A DNA stretch of 64,000 bases from Eledone cirrhosa (Eukaryota), in contig OZ024744.1 of NCBI GenBank assembly GCA_964016885.1, positions 70,804,001-70,868,000 on the forward strand, written 5' to 3'. Shown piece by piece: positions 1 through 14,399 of this stretch. A program made the position numbers and the translations under genes. The notes under the pieces were generated by a model, which had not been told where the DNA came from, searched no databases, and saw nothing but the letters and a program-made list of their open reading frames with translations. How positions within the stretch are numbered: the first letter of the stretch is position 1; every line of letters begins with the position of its first letter.

Positions 1-295
1 TACATACTTTCACAGACATACACACACAAACACATTCAAACACATTTATATATATGCACGTTTGTTTGCGTAAACAGCTTGACAGATGCTAGACATTTTC
101 TCATTCCTGTGAAACTTTAAGTAATGGAATTCTGATTATGAAAATGTTTACATAACAAATAAATATATGATCTACAAAACAAGTTGGATGCTCTTTTCTT
201 TCGTTTATATATCGATCAATCGCTTTTTGGCATCTTCTCCCCTTCAGTCTACCTCTCTCTATATATATACATACTTGTATGTATATATATGCACA

Positions 296-430
<135 letters not shown>

Positions 431-754
431 TATTAATAAAAGATCGGAGGCCATATTTAGTTGATTCAGGTTTATTTAAAACTCTGTTATACATATTTCG
501 CTGAGGACTATCAGTTATGATAGCCTGAGCTCTTCCGATGGCAAAACCTAAATTAAACATTGAATGTTCCTAAGAAACCTTTAAATTTGGAAAAATACAA
601 TAATTTCCCCAAAAAAGATTTTCTTTTCATGATGCAGGTTTTGCGATCTGAAGAGCTCAGGCTATCATAACTGATAGTCCTCAGTGAAATATGTATAACG
701 GAGTTTTAAATAAACCTGAATCAACTAAATATGGCCCCCGATCTTATATTAATA
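431..754. repeat. Inverted repeat (arms ~431-549 and ~636-754) carrying an HHR-like motif
   Basis: Arm 1 (tattaataaaagatcgg...gcaaaacct) is the reverse complement of arm 2 (aggttttgcgatc...cttatattaata) with a few mismatches. It starts right after a (TA)n tract. Confidence 0.9.
640..703 (+). ncRNA. Candidate type I hammerhead ribozyme
   Basis: CTGAAGA at 648, stem II gctcaggctatca/tgatagtcctcagt, GAAA at 686, then tatgtata. Stem I is weak. Confidence 0.55.
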
Positions 755-887
755 TATAATGTTCCGACTTTCACCATTTATACAAGTTGAGCGCTTCTTT
801 TTATCTGTTTCACCACCAACAGACCATAATATGTTCCGCACATCTCTGTTCGGTTAACCCCATACTCTAAAATATATATATATATAT

Positions 888-1277
888 AGTATTAAGGATA
901 CTATTTATGGTTATGTATATACTAAAACCTTTTATAGTTATATATATTTTAAACCCTAAACAGTGAAAGTTACCAGTAAGATAAATATTACCAGTAAGAT
1001 AAATAACTCAATGTAATAACATCAGTTGTTCTACAGAGCAGTTATATAGAAATTTCATGAATCAAAGTTCTGTTCAAACCATTGATGTTTACATACATGA
1101 CCTCCTTTCCAACACAAGAGACATACAGAAACATATGTATATATCGATGCACAGGAGGTCATGTATGTAAACAATCATTGAAAAATTGCTCCGAAGACTC
1201 CAAATCTCGGCTTGGGAGAAACAATTGTAAGCTAATAAATGGTTTGAACAGAACTTTGATTCATGTAATTTCTATAT
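888..1277. mobile_element. Naiad PLE terminal repeat (pLTR, family A), rearranged as a fold-back
   Basis: Same sequence as 10340-11030, 39040-39315, 40560-41000 and 61300-61505; the last directly precedes the PLE ORF at 61552. Internal inverted arms at 1046-1083 and 1238-1277. Flanked by (TA)n. Confidence 0.8.
1184..1236 (+). ncRNA. Hammerhead ribozyme, family A (CCGAAGA core, U4C variant)
   Basis: aattgct-CCGAAGA-ctccaaatctcggcttggga-GAAA-caattg-TA-agctaat; palindromic stem III. Confidence 0.7.
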
Positions 1278-1295
1278 ATATATATATATATATAA

Positions 1296-2117
1296 ATATA
1301 AGTATGTATACGTACATACATATATGTATACAGACGTATTTACCGAACATTTATTATAATGCTCGGTTTGTTTGTAAACAAACATCCCGAATTAAGCCGT
1401 ACAGTGTTTAGCAACCATTGTTGCCCTTTTGTTCAACACTGACAAAGGAACGATGTACTAGTTTCAAGCTTATTAGCTATCGTCAGCACCGTATACCTTC
1501 CTGCCAGATGATTGAACGTCTGAAAGTATATATTTTCCTTATGCATATTAACGGTTGAGCAGCATAATTTGTATATCGAGTGAGTTAATCGGCCGGGCGC
1601 ACCGAAAACGATAAATGGAAAAAGTGAAACGAAATTTCATTTCTCACTCTTAGTACGGCTGTTACTTAAATATAAGTATGTATACGTACATACATATATG
1701 TATACAGACGTACAGTAGTATGTATATATATATACATACATGCACACATATATATATGTACGTATGGATTCATCGAACATTTATTATAATGCTCGGTGTA
1801 TTTGTAAACAAACATCCCGAATTAAGCCGTACAGTGTCTAGCAACCATCGTTGCTCATTTGTTCAACACTGACAAAGGATGTAAACAAACAGCCCGAATT
1901 AATCGTACAGTGTTTAGCATGTTTGTTTACAAACAAACCGAGCATTATAATAAATGTTCGGTGAATCCATACGTATATATATATATGTGTGCATGTAAGT
2001 ATATATATATACATACTACTGTACGTCTGTATACATATATGAATGTATGTATACATACTTATATTTAAGTAACAGCCGTACTAAGAGTGAGAAATGAAAT
2101 TTCGTTTCATTTTTTCC

Positions 2118-2121
<4 letters not shown>
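1296..2121. mobile_element. HHR-bearing ~390-bp repeat (family B): 1.5 tandem units plus an inverted partial copy
   Basis: The unit restarts at ~1670 and is inverted at ~1920-2121. Other copies at 11040-11430, 15400-15920, 16545-17280 and 22670-22860. Confidence 0.85.
1450..1492 (-). ncRNA. Hammerhead ribozyme, family B
   Basis: Minus strand: acggtg-CTGACGA-tagctaataagctt-GAAA-ctag-TA-catcgt. Confidence 0.85.
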
Positions 2122-2211
<90 letters not shown>

Positions 2212-2265
2212 TTGTGTATTGTACATGGTAGACAGACTGATTGAATATATATATATTTATACACG

Positions 2266-2314
<49 letters not shown>

Positions 2315-2456
2315 GAGTGTGTGTGTATGTGTGTGTATATGTTTGTGTGTATGTATGTGTGTGTTTGTGTGTATGTGTATGTATGTGTGTATTTGTGTTT
2401 GTGTGTATATGTGTTTGTGTGTGTATACACACACAAACACACACACATATATATAT

Positions 2457-2504
<48 letters not shown>

Positions 2505-2559
2505 TAAAAAAATAATGAATAAAACAATGAAACAGTTCCTTATATTAAACAAAAAAAGT

Positions 2560-2710
2560 TCATTATTTAACGATCGTTTCTAGGATATATATGTGTTAGA
2601 ATTGGCATGCATATTCAACAGATCTATGTACAAAATTATACAAAATTATACAAACTATCAAGATTAAATATACATACCAAACACATATATGCCGTCTTCA
2701 GAAATAATGA
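2560..2710 (-). ncRNA. Hammerhead ribozyme with ~110-nt stem II, probably near the 3' end of the upstream Naiad PLE
   Basis: Minus strand: tcattattt-CTGAAGA-cggcatatatgtgtt...aacacatatatccta-GAAA-cgatcg-TT-aaataatga; perfect 9-bp stem I. Confidence 0.75.
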
Positions 2711-2799
2711 AATATATTTATTGATAATAACAACAATTCAAAATTTCAGGTCCGTTTGGGAACGGAGTTCAAATTGACCAATGAAAATACAAAAAATTT

Positions 2800-3407
2800 T
2801 ATGCAGTTTGGTGTGTGTATATACATGTAATTAACTTCATACACATATTTATACAAAGATATATGCTCACATGCATACGCATGCCAAAAAGATGTATGCA
2901 AATACAAAAATTCAAGGCTAATGTCTCTGTAAGTTTATAATCCACAGATAAAATGCGTATAGACACATAAATATGAAATAAATGTATACACATATTCACA
3001 TACTCACACATATCCGTACACTCACACACACACGCGCGTATATGCATAAACATACACATAATTACGAACATACATACACACACACACCCCCACACACATA
3101 TATATGTGGATATAGTATTATCATAAGCATATGGATATTAATGCACGCACATAAAACACTGCCACACACATTTAGATCAAGATACAGAAATTAGGTGGGA
3201 GGGGGGAGAGGTCAGTATTCAACGGTTTCGGCAGACTGCTTATTTATAGATGTATCTATAAACTTAGAAATAAAAAGAAAAGAAAAGAAAAAGAAAAAAG
3301 AAAAAAGAAATATATCAAGAAAATATATATATATATATATATATACATCCACACATACAACACACACACACACACATATATAAACGTATACATATATATA
3401 TACACAC

Positions 3408-3453
<46 letters not shown>

Positions 3454-3685
3454 CACACATACAACACACACACACACACATATATAAACGTATACATATA
3501 TATATACACACACATGTACACACATACATATATATATATACACACATATATACACATATATACACACACACATATATTCACACACATATATATATATATA
3601 CACACGCACATATACATACACATACATGCTTATATACATACAGACATACACATACATACATATATATACACACATATACATACAG

Positions 3686-3716
<31 letters not shown>

Positions 3717-3938
3717 TACATACACACACATACATATTCATACATAGACATAGATATATATTCACACACACATACGCACTTACATATACGCATATATACA
3801 AATACATACGCATCCATATATCCGTATGTACATACAAACACCACTACACTCTCACACAACTCAGACATACAAAGAAAAAGGTATATACATATACACATAT
3901 ACACACATAAATAGAGATACATATACATATATATATAC

Positions 3939-4017
<79 letters not shown>

Positions 4018-4116
4018 CACACACATACACATACATACATACACATATACACACATACATATATAGTCACACACACACACACACCTACACATACATACAC
4101 ATACACATATATAAAG

Positions 4117-4147
<31 letters not shown>

Positions 4148-4187
4148 TATATAATAAATATATATATATATATATATATACATATAT

Positions 4188-4220
<33 letters not shown>

Positions 4221-4999
4221 CATACATACACATACATACATACATATACACACATATATATACACACATACACACATACATACATACACACACACATACA
4301 TGCACACACATACATACTCATACATAGACATAGATATATATTCACACACGGATACGCACTTACATATACGCATATATACAAATACATACGCATCCATATA
4401 TGCGTATATACATACAAACACCACTACACTCTCACACAACTCAGACATACAAAGAAAAAGGTATATACATATACATATATACACACATAAATAGAGATAC
4501 ATATACACATATATATATATATGTACATACACATATATATATACCCACACACACATACAACCATAAACACACATACAAACACATACATACACACATATAT
4601 ACATATATATACACACACACACAAAAACACACATACACATATATATTTACATATATATATATACACATATACACACCTTCACATATATATATATACACAT
4701 AAGTTATATTATAATAATAAATAATATATATATATACACATACAAATATATATATACATAGACATACATATATATATACACACACACACACACTCACATA
4801 CATATGTGCTCACACGTACACATATACACATACATACATATACACATAAACATATACATGTGCATATATGTACATACACACATATACCCACATAGATACG
4901 AAGATACACATATATATAGAGAGACATACATATACATACACATATATACACACACATACATACACACATATATATACACACACATACACGCCCACACAC

Positions 5000-5056
<57 letters not shown>

Positions 5057-5210
5057 CATATATATATACATATATACATACATATATATACATACAATCA
5101 TACATCCTTATTTGCATGCACATATATGTATTTTTATACTCAGATATAAACACCCAAACATATATACACCTACCTACATATATATTCATACATACACGCT
5201 TACAAATACA
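2800..5210. repeat. Compound TA/CA/TACA microsatellite field with internal duplications
   Basis: Low-complexity sequence. The block at ~3741-3925 recurs at ~4321-4505, and the block at ~3343 recurs at ~3447. Confidence 0.9.
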
Positions 5211-5329
5211 GATAATAATAGTATGGGGGAAAGGGGGGGTGGAGAAGGGGATTATAGTAAATATATGTTTCAAGAAACATAGAATATTAATCTGTATTTG
5301 GATCTCAATATATGTTTTTACATAGTTTC

Positions 5330-6320
5330 AGTGTTAGGAAATGCAAAAAATAAGGCAAAATTATGCATTTCAATATAAGTATACCATTAATTATAGGTTA
5401 ACTAAACTAAAGATAGTTAACATATTGATTTCTAAGGTGTAAATTAGTTAGGTTTATAATATTTGAAGCAGAATTTTGAAGTTAAATAGTAGTAGAGTAT
5501 TAATTATAGTATAACTAAAATAAAATTATTAACGTTATGGTATCAATATTAGGAAATGAGTTTAGTAATAGGGAAAAAACAAATAAAGTATTACATCGGT
5601 AGTAGAATATAAATTATAGGTTAACTAAATTAAAAATTATATATTAATTTCTATAGTATATGTTAATTAGGTATATAATAAATAAAACAGATATTGTATT
5701 TTATCAATAGCAGAATATAATTATATGCAAACAGAAATCAAAATTAATACATATACATATACATATATATACATATATATATATACACATATATATACAT
5801 ACATACACATACATATACATACATACATATACATATTTTTTCAAAAATTGCAAAGAATATATTAACTAGGTATACATCAAAAACACATCCCATTCTATGA
5901 TTACATGACACTCTGCAATCCGTCTGTATTAGGATACTAATTTTAAGCCAATTAAATTAAATTTTTAGGTTGACTAAATTTAAAACCAAATTATAAATAT
6001 ATTTCTAAAATGTATATTAATTAGGTCTATAATACTAAAAATTATTTCTCTGTCATTGAATACACGATATTTTGTTATATTTTATCTGTAAAGGAATTTT
6101 AATAAATGGTTAAATAAATTAAAATTAATCTATAAATTAAATTACTAAGTATATATTAGTAATATTTAAAGGTTTTTCACAATTTATGATTACACAATAT
6201 TTTATATTCTCATCTGTAGTAGAATTTTAATTAAATTAAATTTATAGGTTAACTAACATTTAAATTAAATTATATATTAATTTCTAAAATAATGTTATTA
6301 ATTAGGTTTATAATATTTAA
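5330..6320. repeat. Degenerate AT-rich tandem repeats in the PLE 3' UTR
   Basis: The motif ttataggttaactaaa...atttcta...attaggt.tataata recurs at ~5391, 5614, 5963 and 6242; the last copy overlaps the ORF stop. Confidence 0.65.
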
Positions 6321-7345
6321 ATGTTTTTTTTAGTTTATGATTACACGATATAATTAATTCCTGTCGTTTATTTAATAGGATATCCTTAGATTTCATTATT
6401 TCAAATAGTTCTTGGGAACATAATCTACATTCATTTCTATTATTTTGATAAGGGGTGGCTCTTTTGAGCACACTCCAGGTCAAATCATATTCTATATTCT
6501 TATTTTTATAACTATTGATTTTTTCTGCTAGAGATGTTGTATTAGCCAGTGCGGCATTTTTAAAACTATGCTTGTGGGTATTAAACCTTGTCTTAAAATT
6601 GTTAGAAGTAGCTCCTATATATGAGCAAATAGAATCTTTAGTTTTAACATTACATTTATAGACTATGTTGTTAACAAGACAATTCCCTTTTAATGGGCAG
6701 TTTGCTTTGTTTCTACAGTTACAACCTTTCGTTAATTCTGTATTTGAGGAGATATTATGGTTAGTTTGATGTATTGGTGGTATACTTATGGTTTTCTTAC
6801 ATTTATATGCATTATAGGCACTTATATTTTGTTTTATGTTATTTGTTGTTGAGTATGAGAATTTAACTGTAGACCTATTTAAGATTTGATGGTATTTGTG
6901 GTTTGGCGGGAAGTTTTTCTCTAGGATATAAAAAAATTTTTTAGCAATATTATCCTTAATTTGTAAATTAAATGGAGCATTATACCAAGTAACCCGTCTA
7001 TTACGGTTTCTATGTTGTTTATTATTTTTATTATTTTTATAGGTTGTATCGTGATGTTTACTAGGAGGATTAATGTTAATGATCTCACCACAACCATTTT
7101 TAGTTATATTTGTAGATTTAGGTGTTTTATCTTTTTTATTAGGAGTTTTATTATTAATATTTATTAGAGTTGTATGATGAGTAGTTTTTTGAGAGTTACT
7201 ATATTTTATATTAGAAGATTTGGTATTTTGGGGTATAGTGTGGGTGGCATTTAGGTGTGTACTTTTCATTTGGTGTTTGTTGGTAATATTAGGTTGTATG
7301 TTTTTAGTATTTTTAGTAGAAGGTATATATTCTAATCTATTTTTT
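6298..7345 (-). CDS. Penelope-like (Naiad-type) polyprotein C-terminal part: linker plus GIY-YIG endonuclease
   Basis: RRVTWYNAPF, FPPNHKYHQILNRSTVKFSYS, CNCRNKANCPLKGNC, IVYKC..SYIGAT..FKTRFNTH, CRLCSQE..SCNH. The frame stays open upstream of 7269 to ~7345 (NRLEYIP). Confidence 0.9.
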
Positions 7346-8438
7346 TGTGGCCACTTCTATCTAGAGCTTCGTTATAGAAGGTCGCATTTTTATCAAATAC
7401 ATCTTGGTTAGAAGAAAGGTTAGAAATTCTAAGTGATATATTATATGCAAGGTTTTTAAGGATAGATTTAGGGTGATTAGATTGTGAGTGTATGTAATGT
7501 AAGTTTTGGTTTGGTTTATGGTAAGGTTGGTAGATACCCGTAGCTAAATCTAAAGTTATATCTAGGAAATTTACTACTTTACTTGTTTTTTCAAAAGTAA
7601 TATGAAGATTATAATAGTCTTTAAGGAAAGTTCTAATATGTTTTTTGTTTTTTTCTATTTCTGAAAGGCTAAGGTTGTTAGAAAGAAGAAGACAGTCATC
7701 ACGATATAAACCACCTTTAAGGTGGGGAAAGGAGGCATTTATGTTGAAAAGGAGAAAGAGGCCCACAAGATCAGTAATTTGGGCGGAATCGCTTGAACCC
7801 ATAGTAATATCAAATAGATTACTATATGTGTTTCTGGTCCAGTATTCATTCTGAAATTCAATAAGTGTTAGTCTAGCATGTGTAATAATATTAATGTCAT
7901 CCAAAGTTAAGTTAGATCTATTTTTAGCAAATATCAATGCTTTGTTCAGGAGTATAGGTGATATAGAAGAATAGTAATTATCTATATCAAATTGTAGAAA
8001 TGAAGCAGAAGATTTACATTTAATATTTTTAAACCAGTTAATTACCTGGGAGGTGTTTTCCCAGAGTGGTAAAATAACGTGTTTTCTTATTTGTGGGATG
8101 ACTCTATCCAAAATTTTTTTGCTAATTATTCCAATATCTGATTTGGAGGGACATATAAGTCTTATAGAAGGATTTGAGTTAAAGTTTGATTTATGATCCT
8201 TCAGGTTGAAGTGTGGTCTTTTCAATGCCAAAGGTTCAGTTCTATCTTCAATGTTTAGTTTTTTTACTATGTTGTGTGTTTTGTTGTTGATGTTGGTGAG
8301 TGACGCATTATTGGATTTTTTATAATTTTTCCTGAGTTCTTTATATATGAACTCATTATAATGTTCAATATCCATGTGATACAAGTTACCAGTTTTGTCC
8401 GAGTGGACATGGATTTTTTTAGACTTTTTTAGGTCCAA
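7332..8438 (-). CDS. Penelope-like (Naiad-type) reverse transcriptase, 5'-truncated, frameshifted from the endonuclease part
   Basis: LKDHK..RLICPSKSDIG, QFDIDNYYSSI, FDITMGSSDSAQITDLVG, GLYRDD, NFLDITLDL, YHKPN..SNHP. Confidence 0.92.
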   Translation of the reverse strand: MDLKKSKKIHVHSDKTGNLYHMDIEHYNEFIYKELRKNYKKSNNASLTNINNKTHNIVKKLNIEDRTEPLALKRPHFNLKDHKSNFNSNPSIRLICPSKSDIGIISKKILDRVIPQIRKHVILPLWENTSQVINWFKNIKCKSSASFLQFDIDNYYSSISPILLNKALIFAKNRSNLTLDDINIITHARLTLIEFQNEYWTRNTYSNLFDITMGSSDSAQITDLVGLFLLFNINASFPHLKGGLYRDDCLLLSNNLSLSEIEKNKKHIRTFLKDYYNLHITFEKTSKVVNFLDITLDLATGIYQPYHKPNQNLHYIHSQSNHPKSILKNLAYNISLRISNLSSNQDVFDKNATFYNEALDRSGHKKID

Positions 8439-8559
8439 TAGGGTAGAATCATATATATATATATAATTTTCTTTTTATTTGCCACCAGGGCATCAAAAAG
8501 TGGGACAAGTACAATGGGGGGGAATTTACATAACAAGGCGTGCTCAATAAGGAGGAGGC

Positions 8560-9685
8560 AATAACAAAATATAAAAATAAAATAAAATATAACAAGATAA
8601 AATTTATAACAAAATCCTCAATAGAGAGGAGGCGCCTTGGGGTCGCACACACCCGAAAAAAAGTGCGCAACCCTTCTCCTCAGGAGCACAGAGACGGGGT
8701 GCTCCCTTGGTCTTTCATCTTCCTCACCTATAGTCTGATGTAGAGTGAAGACCCATTCACACGGGCCATTCTCGCCACTTTCACCCATCTTTCATAAAAA
8801 CGGCTGGGGTGCAGCACCTCTCTCTCCATCCTGATCCTTCTTCCGAAATGATATCGGAAGAAACGGACCAGTTGTTGGCCAGAGAGAAAGGTGTCTGACC
8901 TCAGTCCTTTCAGACGCGTCCACCATACAACCTCTTTCGCAATGGCAATTACGCACAGAAACACGGCCTCTCCTTCGTTTTTGAAGAGGGGAGGCGGCTT
9001 GATCGTTACAATAGACTCGGTGGTCAACCGGATCGGTCCCATCCCTTGACAGCAGTTGTTCGACATAGCGCCACAGATCGGCAATGCCCGAGCAGTGTAC
9101 CAATGCGTGTGCAACGGTTTCCTCGTCGCACACGCATCTGGGACAGATCTTTTTCGAGGGGTCCCTACCCGGGTGTCCGTGTCTGTAGAGCCTTTATCGA
9201 ACGGGCAGAGCCCTTCTGTAGCACTGCCAGGCCAGGGATCTCTGGAAGTTATCCATGGGTCCCGGGCTGAATGTCCTACCGAACAGGTTGGCCAGTTCGT
9301 CTTCCTCCATGCCTAGAGCTTCTCTGAGGGCGTCGTCGCACCTGCTACCCACCAGCCCTCTATAGAATGAGGAGGTGGATTCTCCACTGACAGCCTGGTC
9401 CGCCTGCCAGAGAGCCGTGAGCACCTGGGCACACTCGGTGTGCCAGGCGCCCAGTTTTCTCGGTCTTTGCTTGACCCAGGATTACAGCTCGGTGAGTGAG
9501 ACGAGTCTGGGAAAGGCTCGCCTCACAAACGGGGCCCACACCGGCTGACCGGTGAGGAATACCTGGAGGTCCCGTAGCCTTAATGCGTGTTTACGTATCA
9601 TTAGCCACGGCATCCCCAGCCCTCCTTTCGAAGGGTGTTGACAGCAGATGGATCTCCTCATCATAGGAGCCCGCCTGACTGAATA
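8560..9685 (-). pseudogene. L1/Tx1-type non-LTR retrotransposon ORF2 3' fragment (RT C-terminus plus zf-RVT), degenerate
   Basis: GC-richer island. Fragments SKGGLGMP, WQCYRRALPVR and C..EETVAHALVHC..W occur in shifted frames. Confidence 0.75.
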
Positions 9686-9769
9686 CACAAGTGTTTTCTC
9701 TCAAAATATTTTTTCCGTTTCTTACTACTCCCACTCTAAATATTTCTATTTTATTTTTTATTTTTCATT

Positions 9770-9810
9770 CTATAATCTGATGAAGGACTAGTATCCGAAA
9801 CGTTTAGGCT
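9770..9810 (+). ncRNA. Candidate minimal hammerhead ribozyme
   Basis: CTGATGA-aggactagtatcc-GAAA-cg-TT, typical of PLE-associated minimal HHRs. Stem I is weak. Confidence 0.55.
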
Positions 9811-10015
9811 CTTTTCTTCATTGTAATGTGTTTTTTGATTTGTTGTTTCCTTTACCTTTTTGCACACAGATACACACACACACATACATACACATACACA
9901 CATACACACACACACACACGTATATATATATACATATATGTATATATACAAATATGTATATATAAATATGTTTATATATATACACACATATATATATATA
10001 AGAATATATATAGAC

Positions 10016-10071
<56 letters not shown>

Positions 10072-10314
10072 ACATGTCTGTCTCTCTCACTCTCTCTCGC
10101 CCCCCCCCCCCCCCCCCACTCTCTCTACCCCCCCCCCCCGCTAGCGGTTTCGGTTAGTTGTATAAAGTCTGTTCGTTTTTTCGACCATTCAGACGACGGT
10201 CACCACTCTTGCCCACCTTTCAACAAACTAGTTGGAATATAGATATATATAAAATAAACTACCAGTAATACACTGAAATAATTGCTGGGCTTGTGCCAAA
10301 AGTAGAAACAATTA

Positions 10315-10339
<25 letters not shown>

Positions 10340-10346
<7 letters not shown>

Positions 10347-11030
10347 ATATTAAGGATACTATTTATGGTTATATATATATATTAAAACTTTTTATAGTTA
10401 TGTATATTTTAAACCATAAATAGGGAAGGTCAGTAATTTATTACTACCTATTACCAGTAAGATAAATAGCTCAATGTAATAACATCAGTTGTTCTACAGA
10501 GCAGTTATATAGAATAAAAATACCCTACCACTACAACCACCATAATACTCTTGCTTACCCGCTTAAAGTGCTTGCATTACATGTAACACCTTGCCACACA
10601 ATAATAGTATAAAAATGAGACAAACTTGCATGCCCCACGTGTAACTAACGCATACACTACCTACTAGATCTGACTATCAAACTATCCTCCTGCATTATCT
10701 GTGTTATCTGCCGAATGTATTTTAATTTTAATTTTGATTTTAATTTTGATTTTGATTTTAATTTTGATTTTGATTTTAATATTGATTTTGATTTTGATTT
10801 TGGTCTTGAATTTGAATTGCTGTACAAAAATACAAAAATAGTATATGTCACTACAATGTGCATCAATATATATATGTATATGTATGTCTCTTGCGTCGGA
10901 AAGGAGGTCAATTATATGTACAAACATTGAAAAATGCTCCGAAGACTTCAAATTTAGGTTTGGATGAAACAATTGTAAGTGAATAAAATGCTTTGAACAT
11001 AGCTTTGATTCTTGTGAATTCTCTCTCTCT
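10340..11030. mobile_element. Family A pLTR-derived module with HHR at ~10933-10984 and a (TTTTGA)n insert
   Basis: Matches 888-1277. atgct-CCGAAGA-cttcaaatttaggtttggat-GAAA-caattg-TA-agtg. Confidence 0.75.
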
Positions 11031-11039
11031 ATATATATT

Positions 11040-11422
11040 TTCATTTTTTCCGTTTATCGTTTTGGGTGCGACCGCCCGACTAACTCACTCGATATGCAAA
11101 TTAGGCTGCGCAGCCGTTAATATGCATAGGGGAAAGTATATACTTTCAGACGTTCAATCATCTGGCAGGAAGGTATACGTTGCTGACGATAGCTAATAAG
11201 CTTGAAACTAGTACAGCGTTCCTTTGTCAGTGTTGAACAAATGAGCAACGATGGTTGCTAGACACTCTACGGCTTAATTCGGGATGTTTGTTTACAAATA
11301 CACCGAACATTATAATAAATGTTCAGTGAATCCATACGTACATATATGTATGTGTGCATGTATGTATATATATATACATACTACTGTACGTCTGTATACA
11401 TATATGTATGTACGTATACATA

Positions 11423-11430
<8 letters not shown>
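11040..11430 (+). mobile_element. Family B unit with HHR at 11177-11219
   Basis: acgttg-CTGACGA-tagctaataagctt-GAAA-ctag-TA-cagcgt; ends in (TA)n. Confidence 0.85.
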
Positions 11431-11488
<58 letters not shown>

Positions 11489-11491
<3 letters not shown>

Positions 11492-12071
11492 TCATCATCA
11501 TCATCATCAACGTTTAACGTCCGTGTTCCACGCTTGCATGGGTTTGGACGGGGGTAGTCCCACTTGAGGCAAGAGTGATTGTCTTGCTCGCGTAGGACTG
11601 TCTGGCAGGTTTTCTACAGTTGGATGCCCTTCCTAACACCAACCACATTTACAGTGTGGGTCTGGGAGGTTTTTACCGTGTTGCCTACACGGCCACATTA
11701 CAGCGTGGACTGTGTGTTTTTTTGTCGTGACACCTACACGATCTCATTTGTTTCGGCCTTGATGGTGTGGCACCAACATAACTTTACATAGAACGGGGTG
11801 GTGTGGATGGGGTGGGGGTGGGGGTGGGGGTGGTGGGACGGGGTGTATTTTGTTAGAGATGCCTACTGGCTGTAGTAGGTTTTACTATGTATTTAGGTAA
11901 GGCGGGTCTTCTCTGTTTACTGAGTACCGCCAAAGGTCTCGGTCCAGTGACATTGTCTTGGTGAGGTGTAAGTGTGTGAGGTCGGAGTTTATCAGCTCGT
12001 CCCAGGTTTTTCTAGGTCTGCCTATTCCGTGGCTACCGTCTATCTTTATTGCCCTGCACTTTGTTATACAA

Positions 12072-12075
<4 letters not shown>
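11489..12075 (-). mobile_element. RTE-type LINE 3' end with (ATG)n tail
   Basis: Minus-strand peptide [23 protein letters not shown], then a 3' UTR ending in (CAT)n on the plus strand. Confidence 0.75.
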
Positions 12076-12158
<83 letters not shown>

Positions 12159-12182
12159 TATATATATATACTCATATATACA

Positions 12183-12216
<34 letters not shown>

Positions 12217-12235
12217 CTCATATATACACATAGAT

Positions 12236-12289
<54 letters not shown>

Positions 12290-12293
<4 letters not shown>

Positions 12294-12467
12294 GTTTCTA
12301 CTTTTGGCACAAGCCCAGCAATATTCTAGTGTATTACTGGTACTTTATTTTATCGACCCCGTAAGGATGAAAGGCAAAGTTAACCTCGGCGGCATTTGAA
12401 CTCAGACCATAAAGGGCCGTAACTCTTTGCTGCAAAGCATGTTGTCCGACCCTCTACCGATACTGCA
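12290..12467 (-). mobile_element. tRNA-derived SINE (abundant family in this window)
   Basis: A-box-like ggcagtatcggtag and B-box gagttcaaat, body ttgcctttcatccttacggggtcgataaaataaagtaccag, tail gaaacaatta. Confidence 0.85.
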
Positions 12468-12517
12468 ATAATAATTAATATGAAGACTTAAATCCGAAGA
12501 TGGCTCGGCAAGGATAA

Positions 12518-13469
<952 letters not shown>

Positions 13470-13509
13470 GTATATATATAAATCCATAGAGCAAATATTT
13501 ATTAAAGTT

Positions 13510-13560
13510 GGCTTCCTAATGATTTCTCCCGAATGAAACAGTTCTAGTCCTGAAGAAGCC
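13510..13560 (+). ncRNA. Degenerate HHR, family F
   Basis: ggcttc-CTAATGA-tttctcccgaat-GAAA-cagttctagtcctg-aa-gaagcc. Copies with an intact core are at 34941 (-) and 46551 (+). Confidence 0.55.
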
Positions 13561-13654
<94 letters not shown>

Positions 13655-13759
13655 ACCCACCCATACATACATAGATACATACATACATACAATCATACAT
13701 ACATACATACATACATACATACATACATACATACATACATACATACATACATACATACA

Positions 13760-13791
<32 letters not shown>

Positions 13792-14113
13792 CACAGATAT
13801 TCTATGACACTAGGACGTAAAAGACCACTTTTTATTCACATATCGTCTTATCGCAGCTCGCACAACACGTCAGTGAAGATACTTAAATACAGAAAACATA
13901 CGTACATACATGCCTTTATACATATATACATATATATATATATATACCTACAAATACCTACATACACACACATAAATCCATACGTATATATAAGCCTCAA
14001 CATTCACACGCACTAACACACTTACACATTATCTATCTATCTTTCTATTTCTCTCCCTATATATATATATATACGTATATATATATACATATACATATAT
14101 ATATATATACATA

Positions 14114-14147
<34 letters not shown>

Positions 14148-14343
14148 AAGAGAGAGAGAGATGGAGAGAGATGGAGAGAAAGAGAGAGAGAGGGGTAGAA
14201 AGACCGAGAGAGACAGAGAGAGAAACAGGGGAAGAGGGGGAGAGAGACAGACAGAAAGACAGATAGAGTGATAAATGTACATGAATAGTATGCTTATATA
14301 TATATATTTATATATGTTATCTATCTATCTAGCTAACCGCCCA

Positions 14344-14399
<56 letters not shown>

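Noticed and set aside
3203-3240. HHR 3' half (GAAAccgTT on the minus strand); similar partial motifs at ~10141, 14659, 23370, 26925 and 36405
   Set aside because: The CTGANGA core is missing or broken, so they are not called.
6298-6730. Possible selenocysteine (UGA) recoding, as reported for some Naiad elements
   Set aside because: The conserved Cys positions are normal Cys codons here and in the 60632 copy; no in-frame TGA is seen.
12290-12467. tRNA gene (also 28448 and 56069)
   Set aside because: A/B boxes are present but there is no cloverleaf; these are multi-copy SINE heads.
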